A stretch of DNA of 64,000 bases from Hemiscyllium ocellatum (Eukaryota), in contig NC_083428.1 in assembly GCF_020745735.1 (NCBI RefSeq), positions 30,504,001 through 30,568,000 of the forward strand. Direction: 5' to 3'. The notes beneath the pieces were generated by a model. That model was not told the DNA's origin. It saw nothing but the letters and a program-made list of their open reading frames with translations, and made no database searches. Positions 41,738-53,370 of this stretch are shown piece by piece (the first letter of the stretch is position 1; every line of letters starts with the position of its first letter). The position numbers and the translations under genes are program-made.

Positions 41738-43644
41738 ATAATGGGAGGAGGCTGACTGGTTCCAAAGGGCAGGGATACAGCGAAAAAAAAACAGATGGTG
41801 AGAGAGTTAGTGGAGAAAAGGGGAGCAATGGCTGGGTAGGTTGGGCAACGTCCTGGGTAAAAGAAGCACACTGTTCAGTGAAGGGTGGAGCACTATCATC
41901 CAATAATGGAAAGGTGGTCAAGGCAGTATGCATCTGTCCTATCCTGGGTAATTTGGACTGTTGGTTTGGCATAGTGAATCAGAGGGACCTGAGTCATAGA
42001 ATCATAGAGATCAATAGCACACAAAAAAAGGCCCTTTGGCTTACAGAGTTTGTGCTGGTTAATAGCAACTATCTAACTATTCTAATCCCATTTTCCAGCA
42101 CTTAGCCTATAGCCTTGGCATCACAAATGCACATCCAAACGATTCTTCAATATTATGAGGCTTTCTGCAAGATTCTTCAAGATTCCCACCACTCACTAAG
42201 TAAAAAGCTTTTCCACACAATTCCTCTACAACTTCTGTCCCTTACGTTAAATCTGTCCCCTGATCATTGATCCTTCTATCAAGGTGGAAAAGTTTCTTTC
42301 AATCTATCCCATCTATGGCCCTCATAATTTTACACATCTCAATCATGTCCCCTCTCAATCTCCTCAACTCTAAGGAAAACAACACCAGTCTGGCTAGTGG
42401 TACCAATTTGATGTCCATAAAATGCCTGGTTCTGCTAGAAGCCACCTACTTGGCCTCTGAGGATGACAGTGTTGAGTCCTCAGAGGAGGTTTCAGCAAGG
42501 CTGCCTCCTGTACACGCCACTATTTCAGACACCAGCACCTCAGTGGAAAAGCCAGTCTTAGAAAAGTTGGGAACACATCTTGTGAGCATAAAATTATAGA
42601 CGCTCCACAACGCATCAAGGAAGAAATGTGCATGGCCAGAGACACTCAGAAGTCAAATCAAAACCAAATAACTGCTCAGCCACAAGCAAGAGTACCAAAT
42701 AATGTCGGCAATCAGGTACTTCATCCATAGGGAGGAATAGGAATGTAATGTAGCAATGGATTGTGCAAAACTGAACACATATCCAGCAGCCACTGTGTAT
42801 GATGTGCTTGAAATGGGTCTTAAAAGATGGCCATCATCTTTTCAATGGAAGCAGCCAAATTTGCGTGCCATAATAGTAGACAGAACTTGGATGATATTTC
42901 TACCCAACACTCTAGTTAGCTGATAGTCTCTGGCAGCCTTCTGATTTCCCCTGCCACAGTATTTTCAATATGTGTTTTATGGTCAAGTACAGAGTCTCAT
43001 CATCTGCATGGAGCTGAGCCGCAGTTCTCTAAATGTCAGAGACTGGAATGACAATCTGTACGAGGAATGAAGAAATGTGATTGGGTTGTGCAGGGTTTAG
43101 GAAGATCAAGAGAATGTTTCATCTTCAGATGGATGCTAATCCACAACCAGATGTGTTCATTGGGTTGTATCTAAAGTCTATTCTGGTAGATGTACTCATC
43201 AAGCTAAATATCTCCCCGGTATGCCATTGCTTTTGTGCAAAAATACGTGATGATCCATACAAAACAGAAAATCACTCGAGAAATGTTGGCATCCACTGAG
43301 ATAAGTGAATCCCGCTTCCAGGCCCACTGCTGAACTTAAACTCTCTAGGTGAAAATTCCGTTCTGGTAGACTGTCACTGAAGTTGATAGATTGCTGTTGA
43401 AGCCAATGATATTAACAGCAGTGCTAGCTCTCATTTACCCTGGTCTGTTGCTATCAATTTGGCCAAACATGTCTGGATAGCTAAAAGAAGGCCCATTTGG
43501 AGTAAATATAAATATAATTGCAACTAACTTCAGACATGACAGGGAATTATGTAAATAACTCTTTTATTTAAAAACGATTGAGGTGTTAGATTAACTGCAA
43601 TTGTATATGGCCACAAAAGACCATGAAGTGTGGTTTTGGGTTCA

Positions 43645-46600
43645 AAGGAGAAAGAACAATACAGCACAGGAACAGGACCTTCAGCCTTCCAAGACTCTGC
43701 TGACACATTTTGCTCTTCCATATTAAAACTGTCTTCACATGCAGGAACTGTATCGCTTTATTCCCTTCCCATTCATGTATTCGTCAAAGTGTTTCTTGAA
43801 TGCTGCTTTTGTGTTTGCTTTTACCACCTCCTCTGGCAGAGCGTACCAGGCACTCACCACTCTTTGTGGTGCACCTCTTTTAAACTTCTCCCCCCACACC
43901 TTGAATCTGTGTCCCCTAGTAGTTGACCCCTTCCAGCCTGGGCATAAGCATCATACTTTCCACTTTATCTACACCATTCACAATCTTATAAACTGCTTTA
44001 AGGTCACCACTCAACCTCCTGCGTTCCAGTGAAAATACACCCATTCTATTGAACTATTTTTCATAGCTAAAATCCCCCATACCAGGGAATGTTTTGGTAA
44101 ACCTTTTTTGAACCGTCTCCAAAACATCCACATCTTTTCCAGTAGTGTTGTGACCAGAACCTTATGCAATATTCCATGTGTGCCCTAAAAAACTTAAGCT
44201 ACAGCATACCTTATCTATCCTTATTCTCAATGCCCCTACCAATGAAGGCAAGCATGCCATAGGCCTTTTTTACTGTTATCTACCTGCTTTGTAATCTGTG
44301 GACCTGCACAAACTGATCCCTCTGCATACCAATACTCCTAAACTTTCTGCCATTCACTGCATAATTTTCACTTGTAATTTACCTTCCAAAATACATCACC
44401 TCATATTTGCCCAGATTAAACTCCATTCTGCCATTTTTCTGACCATGCCTCTAACTGATCTATATCGTTTTGTATCCTCTGATAATCCTCCTCATCATCT
44501 GAAACTCCAGCAATCTTTGTATTGTCCACAGACTTACTAATTAGACAAACTACATTTTCCTCCAAATCATTTATGGAGATCACGCACAGCAGAGGTCCTA
44601 GCACTCATCCCTGTGGAACACAGGGATGGCACAGTGGCTCAGTGGTTAGCAGTCTTTGTGGGTTTCCTCTGGGTGCTGTAGTTTCCTCCCACAGTCCAAA
44701 GATGTGCAGGTTAGGTGGATTGGCCATGCTAAATTGCCTGTAGTCTCCAGGGATATGTGAATTAGCCATGGAAAATGCAGAGTTACAGGGATAGGGTAGG
44801 ACATGGTTCTGGTTGGATGCTCTTTGGGGTGTTGGTGTGGACTAGATGGGCTGAATGGCCTGCCCCAAACTGTAGGGAGTCTACGATCTTTTAAATGTGG
44901 AACCCAAGCAAGGTTTATGAACACCACTAGTCACAAATCTCAGTTCTGAAAAGCTTCCTTCTACCACTACCCTTTGTCTCCTTTGACTAAGCCAGTTCTA
45001 TATCCATTTTGCCATCTCTCACCTCTGATACCCTATGACTTCACCTTTTATACCAGTCTGCCATGAAAGACCTTATCAAAGGCTTTACTAACGTCCATGA
45101 AGACAACCTCTTTTCCATCATCAATCATCTTCATTGTCTTCTCAAAAAACTTAATCAAGCTAGTGAGGTATGATCTTTCCTGCACAAAATCATGCTGTCA
45201 ATGCTAATGAGTCCATTTGCTTCTAAACTCGTACAGATCTTGTCCCTAAGAATCTTTTCCAATTATTTCCCTATCACTGACATGAGGCTCACAGGCCTGA
45301 AATTTCCTGGATTATCCCTGCTATCCTTCTTTAAAAATGGGACAAAGTTGGCTATTCTCCAGTCCTCACCTGTGGCTGTAGAGAATGCAAAGATGTCTGC
45401 CAATGCTCCAGAAATTTGTTCTCTTGCCTCTCTCAATATTCTGGGATAGATTCCATCAGGATCAGGGGACTTACCTACCTTAATACTTCTTAGGACGCAC
45501 AACACCTCTTCCTTTTTAACAGCAACCTGGTTTGAAATTTGACTCTCCCTTCCCTGAGATCATCCTCCCACAATTCCTTCTATTTGGTGAATGCACAAAG
45601 TATTTGTTTAAGACCCCACCTACCTCTTCTGGCTCTACACATAGATGTCTTCCTTTGTCTTTGAGTGAGCCAACGCTTTCTCTGGCTACCCTCTTGCTTT
45701 CTTAATATGCATAAAATGCCTCGGGATTCTCCTTAATCCTGTTTGCTAAAGACTTTTCATGACTCCTTTTAACCCTTCTAATTCATTGTTTAAGATTTTT
45801 CCTACTTTCCTTAGATACTGCAAGTGCTCCTATTTCTTTTTGCCCAAGAAGTAACATCCTTGTCATCCAAGGTTCATGCAACTTTCCATACCTATCCATT
45901 ATTCTCACAAGAATGTGCCACTCCTGAACTCTTATCAACTGCCATTTGAAAGACTCTCACATGTCTGATGTAGATTTACCCTCAAACAGCCACCTCCAAT
46001 CAATTTTCCTGCTCCTCGGATGCTGCCTGACCTGCTGTGCTTTTCCAGCACCACTCTTAATCTTGACTCTAATTTCCAGCATCTGGACTATCCACTTTCA
46101 ACTATTCTGCAGTTCCTGTCGAATATTGTTGTAGTTTGCCTTCCCCCAATTTAACACCTTCACCCAAGGACTGCTGTTATCCCTATCCATGAGTATCTTA
46201 AAACTCATGGTATTATAATCACTACTCCCAAAATGCTCCCCCACTGAAACTTCACTCACCTGGCCATACTCATTTCCCAAAACCATGTCCAGTATAACCC
46301 TTTCCTTGGTTGGACTGTTTACATACTGTGCCAAGAAACCCTCCTGAATGATCTTTACAAATCCTGTCCCATCCAAGCCCCTAGCACGAAGTGAGTCCCA
46401 ATCAATATAGGGGAAGTTAAAACTATCCACCACAACAACCCTGCTGTTCTTAAATCTTTCCAAAATCCGTCCACAAATTCTCTCCTCTATCTTCTGCTGG
46501 CTGTTAGAAGGCCTATAGTATACCCTCAGCATTGTGATTTCCTTTCCGATTCCTGAATTCTACCCATATTGCTGCATGAGTTCTCTGGTATATCCTACCT

Positions 46601-46720
46601 CAGTACAGCTGTGATACTCCTTCACCAGTAATACAACTCCCTCACCACTTTTACATCCCTTTCTCTCACACCTGAAACATCTAAATCCTGGGATATTCAG
46701 CTGTGAACCCCCTGGACTCC
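43645..46720 (-). mobile_element. CR1 LINE ORF2 (endonuclease plus RT) to 3' end
   Basis: ORFs 46098-46532, 45263-45505 and 44416-44604 carry EN and RT motifs. Confidence 0.9.
44623..44890 (+). mobile_element. HE1-like V-SINE with internal deletion
   Basis: Head and V-domain consensus, inserted in a CR1. Confidence 0.75.
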
Positions 46721-46944
46721 TTACCCGACAATGGATATAACTCATTCTTGAGTGAATGCAACAAAGAAAGGTTCAAGAGTCTGATTCCTGGGATGAAAGG
46801 ATTGTTTGATGAGGACAGATTGACATACTAAATTTATATTCCCTTGTGTTGAGAAGAATGAGGTGATTTCAGTGAAACAAAAATTCTTCAGAGATTGACA
46901 AAGTTAGATGCTGAATATTTTCCCTGACCAATGAGTCTAGAAGG

Positions 46945-47068
46945 AGAAAGTGACGACTGCAGATGCTGGAGATCAGAGCTGAAAATGTGTTGCTGGAAAA
47001 GCGCAGCAGGTCAGGTAGCATCCAAGGACCAGGCGAGTCAACGTTTTGGGCACGAGCCCTTCTTCAGG
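46945..47068 (-). mobile_element. Short Penelope-like pLTR insert
   Basis: Perfect 15-bp TSD aatgagtctagaagg at 46930-46944 and 47069-47083. Confidence 0.8.
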
Positions 47069-47382
47069 AATGAGTCTAGAAGGGCCAGTCTCAGCTGAGA
47101 TTGGATTGAGTTGAGCAGAAATAATTGGTCTGAATTATAAATCTGTAATTCTCTATTGCAAAGGAATATGGAGACCCAGTGAGCATAGTTAAAACAGTAA
47201 TTGATCGAATTTTGGGAAATAAATAAAGAATAGGGACATAATATGGGAGGGGAGTGGTTAAGTAGATGGTGTTTTTGAATGACTTAACAGCTTCACATGC
47301 TGAGGCAAATGTAACTAACACCCGGCCCCACGGTCATTCTAGTTCTTTTTTTAAAATACTACAGAATTTTACAATTTTACAA

Positions 47383-47593
47383 CATCTATTACAATAGTCT
47401 CCTGTCTCAAGCTGACTCTATTTCTCAGCCCATTGGCCTATCTGGAAAATAGGAAAGTTCACCCCAACCCAGTATTACATGCTCACGTCATTATCCCTGA
47501 CTTCCATTTCCTTTGTGTCAAACTGTCTATACCAATTTGTAACACACTTTGATTAATATTCCCTTGTTTTGCTGCATAGCCAACTCCCTTTCA
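47383..47593 (-). repeat. Third fragment of the same LTR family (U3 5' end)
   Basis: Overlaps both LTRs (catctattacaatagtctcctgtctcaagctgactct...) and extends to a minus-strand TGAAAGGGAG start. Confidence 0.75.
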
Positions 47594-47799
47594 GGAGTGG
47601 CTCAGCGCCTGCAAAGGCGGTTGGACGAAGCAGTGAAGAAGTGGCCTCACGTGCTGGCTCTCGAGCGGGACCGTTGCTTTGAAAGCGACCAATCGGAGTT
47701 GTAGTTCAAGGCAGGGCTCGGAGAGGAATGCGGGAAAAAGCGGAGTTGGCCGTTGCAGATATAAATTCAATTTGTTCGCGTTGGATATTATTCAACACA
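47594..47799 (+). promoter_or_regulatory. CpG-rich promoter and 5' UTR of a divergent gene
   Basis: CpG cluster in a CpG-depleted background, E-box TCACGTG at 47647-47653, CCAAT at 47689-47693, reverse ACTACAA motif at 47696-47706, directly followed by an ATG exon. Confidence 0.6.
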
Positions 47800-47870
47800 A
47801 TGATGTTAGCTTTTGTGTTTTTATCAGAGATTCTGTATTTTACCTGTTTGACACTGGCTAAAGACTGTAG
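47800..47870 (+). CDS. CATSPERD: Candidate first coding exon (signal peptide) of CatSper auxiliary subunit delta
   Basis: acaATG start, MMLAFVFLSEILYFTCLTLAKDC + AG, donor GTACGT. Hydrophobic leader with Ala20 and Cys23, as in the human N-terminus as I recall it (MLMLMLVAAVTMWLRPLVTAQLCR). Divergent from LONP1 as in human. The identity rests mainly on synteny. Confidence 0.55.
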
Positions 47871-48071
47871 GTACGTGGACGTAATTGCCATAATGTACTT
47901 TTGAAATGTTATGATGGAGCTATTACCTAATTGAGTGGGTCTCATTTGAGCCATGTGTGAACGTTAGGTAATCAGATTGCTCGATCTGAGGGGGTTAGAC
48001 AACCAGCAAGTCCGTAATGCTAATTCTACACAATGATTGGAGGGGAAACCACCGCGACAATAACTTATAGC

Positions 48072-48280
48072 GTTGAGAATGTGTTGCTGGAAAAGCACAG
48101 CAGGTCAGGCAGCATCCCAGGATCGGGAAAATCGACATTTCGGGCAGGAGCCTTTCATCAGGAATAAAACTCCGGCCGAAACGTCGATTTTCCTGCTCCT
48201 CGGATGCTACCTGACTTGCTGTGCTTTTTCAGCACCACACTCTCAACTCTGATCTCCAGCATCTGCAGTCCTCACTTTCT
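48072..48280. mobile_element. Inverted pair of Penelope-like pLTR ends
   Basis: Left arm is the reverse complement of the right arm; only the right arm has the ~35-nt tail. Confidence 0.75.
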
Positions 48281-48911
48281 GGTGGAAGAAAATGTACAGA
48301 ATCACCAGGAGATGCAGCGAATTCTTGAAGAAGTAGGTCTTTCATTTGCAAACAAAAACTGACACTGATAAAGTAGATTCTCAAATGCCTATGAACCTCA
48401 GGGTCTGTAGTTTTTTATATTTTTTTAAAATCATATTTCTGTTAGCTTATCAGCATGGAGATAGTGAGGACTGCAGATGCTGGGGATCAGAGCTTAAAAG
48501 TGTGTTGCTGGAAAAGCGCAGCAGGTCAGGCAGCATCAAAGGAGAAGGGGAATCGACATTTCGGGCATAAAGGGCTTATGCCTGAAATGTCGATTCTCCT
48601 CCTTTGCTGCCTGACCTGCTGTGCTTTTCCAGCAACACATTTTTAAGCTTATTAACATGTCCAACTATATTAATCAAAGTACCTCTTTCCAGCTACACAA
48701 TAAACCAGTGATGTTAGTTCCCATTATCTCTTTAGTTGTACATTCTACTTAATGCTATTCTAATGTCACAGTTAGATATTTATTATCATCTCTGCTACAG
48801 TGGTCTTCCATTCCAGCCTAATCAGTCATGATAGATATTTAGCTATTCCATCTATTCCAATAGTCTCCCGTCTCAAGCTGACTCTATTTCTCAGCCCATT
48901 GGCTCATCTGG
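48281..48911 (-). repeat. ERV 3' LTR, interrupted at 48458-48645
   Basis: Colinear with 54326-54727. About 16 mismatches over ~225 bp in the segment I compared by hand. Confidence 0.85.
48458..48645. mobile_element. Inverted pLTR pair inside the ERV 3' LTR
   Basis: TSD agcttatcagcatg / agcttattaacatg. The empty site is visible in the 5' LTR near 54488-54501. Confidence 0.85.
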
Positions 48912-50535
48912 TCAAGATTCGTTGCAATCTGAGGTAAGCCTCTTCGCTGTCCACTACACCTCCAATTTTGGTGTCATCTGCAAACTTACTAACTGTACCT
49001 CGCATCCAAATCATTTATGTAAATGACAAAACGTAGAGGCCCAGCACCGATCCTTGTGGCACTCCACTGATCACAGGCCTCCAGTCTGAAAAACAACCCT
49101 CCACCACCACCCTGTGTCTTCTACCTTTGAGCCAGTTCTGTATCCAAATGGCTAGTTCTCCCTGTATACCATGAGATCTAACCTTGCAAATCAGTCTCCC
49201 ATAAGGAGCCTTGTTGAACACCTTACTGAAGTCCATATAGATCACATCTACTGCTCTGCCCTCATCAATCTTCTTTGTTACTTCTTCAAAAAAACTCAAT
49301 CAAGTTTGTGAGACATGATTTCCCACGCACAAAGCCATGTTGACTATCCTGATTCAGTCCTTGCTTTTCCTAATGCATGTACATCCTGTCCCTCAGGATT
49401 CCTTCCAACAACTTGCCCACCACCGAGGTCAGGCTCACCGGTCTTTAGTTCCCTGGCTAGTCTTTACCACCCTTCTTAAACAGTGGCACCACGTTTGCCA
49501 ACCTCCAGTCTTCCGGCACCTCACCTGTGACTATCGATGATACAAATATCTCAGTAAGAGGCCCAGCAATCACTTCTCTAGCTTCCCACAGAGTTGTCGG
49601 GTACACCTGATCAGGTCCTGGGGATTTATCCATCTTTAACCGTTTCAAGACATCCAGCACTTCCTCCTCTGTAATCTCGACATTTTGCAAGATGTCACCA
49701 TCTATTTCCCTACAGTTTATACCTTCCATATCCTTTTCCACAGTAAATACTGATGCAAAATATTCATTTCATATCTCCCCTGTTTTCTGTGGCTCCACAC
49801 AAAGGCCGCCTTGCTGATCTTTGAGGGGCCCTATTCTCTCCCTAGTTACCCTTTTGTCCTTAATATATTTGTAAAACCCCTTTGGATTCTCCTTAATTCT
49901 ATTTTCCAAAGCTATCTCATGTCCCCGTTTTACCCTCCTGATTTCCCTCTTAAGTATTCTCCTAATTTCTTTATACTCTTCTCAGGATTCACTCCATCTA
50001 TCCTGTTTGTACCTGATATATGCTTCCTTCTTTTTCTTAACCAAACCCTCAACTTCTTTAGTCATCAAGCATTCCCTATAGTTACCAGCCTTCCCTTTCA
50101 CCCTGACAGGAATATACTTTCTCTGGATTCTTGTTATCTCGCTTCTGAAGGCTTCCCATTTTCCAGCCGTCCCTTACCTACAAACATCTGCCTCCAATCA
50201 GCTTTTGATAGTTCTTGCCTAATACTGTCAAAGTTAGCCTTTCTCCAATTTAGAATTTCAACTTTTAGATCTGGTCTATCCTTTTCCATCACTATTTTAA
50301 AATGAATAGAATTATGGTCACTGGCCCCAAAGTGCTCCAGGTGACACCTCAGTCACCTGCCCTGCCTTATTTCCCAAGAGTAGGTCAAGTTTTGCACCTT
50401 CTCTAGTAGGTACATCCACATACTGAATCAGAAAATTGTCTTGTACACACTCTAAACCCGTAACACTATGACAGTCCCAGTTGATGTTTGGAAAGTTAAA
50501 ATCCCCTACCATAACCACCTATTATTCTTACATCC
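48912..50535 (-). mobile_element. Internal CR1/HER1 ORF2 segment lacking both ends, inside the ERV
   Basis: Runs from VGDFNFPNINW to FADDTKIGG, then joins the LTR directly. Confidence 0.9.
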
Positions 50536-51225
50536 CCCCAAATGTCTTGAATATCACTTGCTATAGAGTAAAAAGTGAGGTCTGCAGATGCTCGAGATTA
50601 GAGCTGAAAATGTGTTGCTGGTTAAAGCGCAGCAGGTCAGGCAGCATCCAAGGAACAGGAAATTCGGCGTTTTGGGCATAAGCCCTTCATCAGGATGAAG
50701 GGCTCTTGCCCGAAACGTCGAATTTCCTGTTCCTTGGATGCTGCCTGACCTGCTGCGCTTTAACCAGCAACTCATTTTCAGCTATCACTTGCTATATCCC
50801 CTATCCAATAAACATTAACATCTTTAACTTCTTGCATCACTAATTTTGTATTGGCCTTTTCTATGACCAAGCCCAGCTGTGTCTTACTTCTAACTGTAGT
50901 AAAGCATCCCGACCTAACAAGTTGTGGCATCTCTTTAGACACTAACGTTGGAAGAACTATCTCCCTATTTTCCATTTCTATTCTTACTGTTGCTGCAAAT
51001 TGAGTTAACTGTGATTTCCCTGAGAACCCTACAGTCTTAACAAATTTACTTGACATTGGAAGGTGAGAGGCATACTGCGGCTGTACACAAGTGTATGTAG
51101 CTCCAGGATCTATCGTCACCGGTGTCTGCTGCTATTCTATATTATTACTGTATTGCTGGTTCTTGATCAGCTTCGCATGCTACTACAGGGTAGTTCCCCT
51201 TCCCACCCAGGTTCTCAGGGTATCC
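50536..51225 (-). pseudogene. Retroviral aspartic protease and 5' pol remnant
   Basis: IDPGATYTCV (decayed DTGA), flap-like VGFSG, frameshifted NLLGRDALL. Interrupted by the insert at 50566-50782. Confidence 0.8.
50566..50782. mobile_element. Inverted pLTR pair inside ERV pol
   Basis: Perfect 14-bp TSD tatcacttgctata at 50552-50565 and 50783-50796. Confidence 0.85.
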
Positions 51226-53170
51226 CTAGCACATTCCATATGGGTTAACAGGTCCAGCTGGGCTTGTAAGTGTCTGGGAAGTGGCCACTGGCGATTCATT
51301 CCTTCTAAGCCTGCTGTGGGCAATTCCTCCTAAAGTGGCCTGGTCGATGGCATCCCCAGCACATCATTTCTGATCCCCCTTGAACCTGATTATTTACCAT
51401 GTACCTTAGTCCCCATTCATACATCCCTGTCTTTGAGGACTCCAGTTCTGTTTAAGCTGTTGTTTAAATCTGCCCTGCCCTGGATACATCACGTGAGAAA
51501 GCTACTCTAAAAATCTCCATTGCTGGCATGGGACTTCCTGGCCCCTGTCCGCTACCTGATAGGATCCCCCTTGCGCTGGCATTTGGTTCACGCCAGTGTT
51601 GATTACTGTGTCGGTTCTTACTGGCAACATCTTTTTAGCCTTCTCTTTTTCTTTCTTTTTAAGCTGTTTGAGCTGCATTTGTGCCAGCTTCCTTTACACC
51701 TCCTCCTCCTGTTCAGGCGGTTTCTCTTTGTCTTTTTGAAACCTTTCAACTGCATGAGCTACATGATCTCCAAATTCCCTGATGGCTCATTGATGATGTC
51801 AGACCCACCACCTCCTCCAGTCTTGACCTGACTTGGGAGGGCATTGCCTCAATGATGGAATTTCGTAATGTTGTGGTTAGCAACTGATTAGTCTCGATGT
51901 CTTGCTCTGTTACTAGCCTTCACTTCAACTGTTTTTCTAAGTAGGCAGCTGGGTTTTCACTTTCTCCCAGTGGATCCCCTCTCAAAGCCTGGGGATCTAT
52001 TTTGGGTGGATAACAGCCTCTTAAGGCCTGCCATACATTCTGCCTCACTTGATTGAACCCGACCCCAATCATTGGATTGTCTGCTGCATTTTTCAAATGG
52101 GCTGAGGCCGTTATTTCCTTTAACTTTGGGACTCCTACCAACCTCACCAGCAGTGGCTTCAAGTCACCTTATAGCCAGCAACCGCCCTGTGGTGTCATCT
52201 TCAAAAGCCCTGATCCACCTTCCTGCTCTCTCATGTAAACTGGGCAGTGCACTCTTCAGTCCTTCTAGATCCTGCGTTCCCCAAGGAATGTATTGTGGGT
52301 TTCTCTCCTCTTTTATAAGGAGCGGTAGCATCCTTCCCTGTTGGCCCTTTTTCCCTTTACCTACACTAGTTGTCAATAAATCCCCCTTGGGGTCTGAGTC
52401 CAAAGCTATTTCTAATTCCTCTCATTCTTTAGCTACTGGGGCCATTTTCTTTCCCTGTCTCTCATCATCCCTTTCTGCTTGCTCTGCGTCACTTTCACTG
52501 CTTTTCTCTTCAGCCCTCCTTTTATATCGCCATGAGTATTCCTCAATTGCTTTTTGTTCCCTTAGCCCACGCAGCACACTAATCTGATGTTTCAGCTCTT
52601 CTTGCTCTCATTGTATAGATTCTACTTGCTCTTGCCTGTACCTTTTCTCTCTTTCTCTTGTTTTCCTCAGTTCATTTTGGTCTTCCACACTTTCATCCCA
52701 TTCTAACTGTCCCTGTATTTCTACTGTTCCCTTTATTACTGGACACTGCTTCAATGCCTCTTCATTCGAGTAGGGAGGAGGTCTATTGAACTCCTCCACA
52801 TCTGGGTATTGGGGAGGGGGAGACTGCTGATTCCTGCTTTTCTGTTTCCTGCATCTGCTCAGCTTGTCCTTTTGTAGCTTTCCCAGTCACCACGGGTACC
52901 TGACAAGCTACCTTCAGTTCGTCACCTTCTTTCCTGAAAAGTTTCAATATTTCCATTTCCTGATCCCTCCTTTAGTTTCTATTTTTAGATTTGTCTTTCG
53001 GCTTATAGTTCTTAGTTAGTCCTTCCATCTCATTCCACATATGCACATATTAGCCATTTAGTCAATAGATCCTTAGTTCTTTTTTCCCATTTCTCAGAAA
53101 TTTTTACAATATCATTTCTTGCCACTGGAAATTTCTTGCTCATTATCTCAACTGCAGTCCCTTTATCCAT
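51226..53170 (-). pseudogene. gag: Retroviral gag remnant
   Basis: MDKGTAVEIMSKK..., PPPY late domain, capsid-like QYIPWGTQDLEGLKSALP...WIRAFE, zinc knuckle CWGCHRPGHFRRNC at 51320-51361. Several stops and frameshifts. Confidence 0.8.
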
Positions 53171-53187
53171 CCTAACATATATTTTAG

Positions 53188-53370
53188 CTGAAAATGTGTT
53201 GCTGGAAAAGCGCAGCAGGTCAGGCAGCATCCAAGGAGCAGGAGAGTCGACGTTTCGGGCATGAGCCCTTCTTCAGGAATCTCCTGCTCCTTGGATGCTG
53301 CCTGACCTGCTGCACTTTTCCAGCAACACATTTTCAGCTCTGATCTCCAGCATCTGCAGTCCTCACTTTC
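53188..53370. mobile_element. Inverted pLTR pair at the gag start
   Basis: 18-bp TSD tcctaacatatattt(t/c)ag at 53170-53187 and 53371-53388. Confidence 0.85.
53245..53280 (-). ncRNA. Minimal hammerhead ribozyme motif with intact core
   Basis: ATTC-CTGAAGA-A-GGGC-TCAT-GCCC-GAAAC-GTC-GACT. Confidence 0.7.

Noticed and set aside
48912-51225. Functional chimeric protein of ERV protease plus CR1 endonuclease/RT
   Set aside because: Same orientation, but both parts have stops and frameshifts and the junction is not cleanly in frame.
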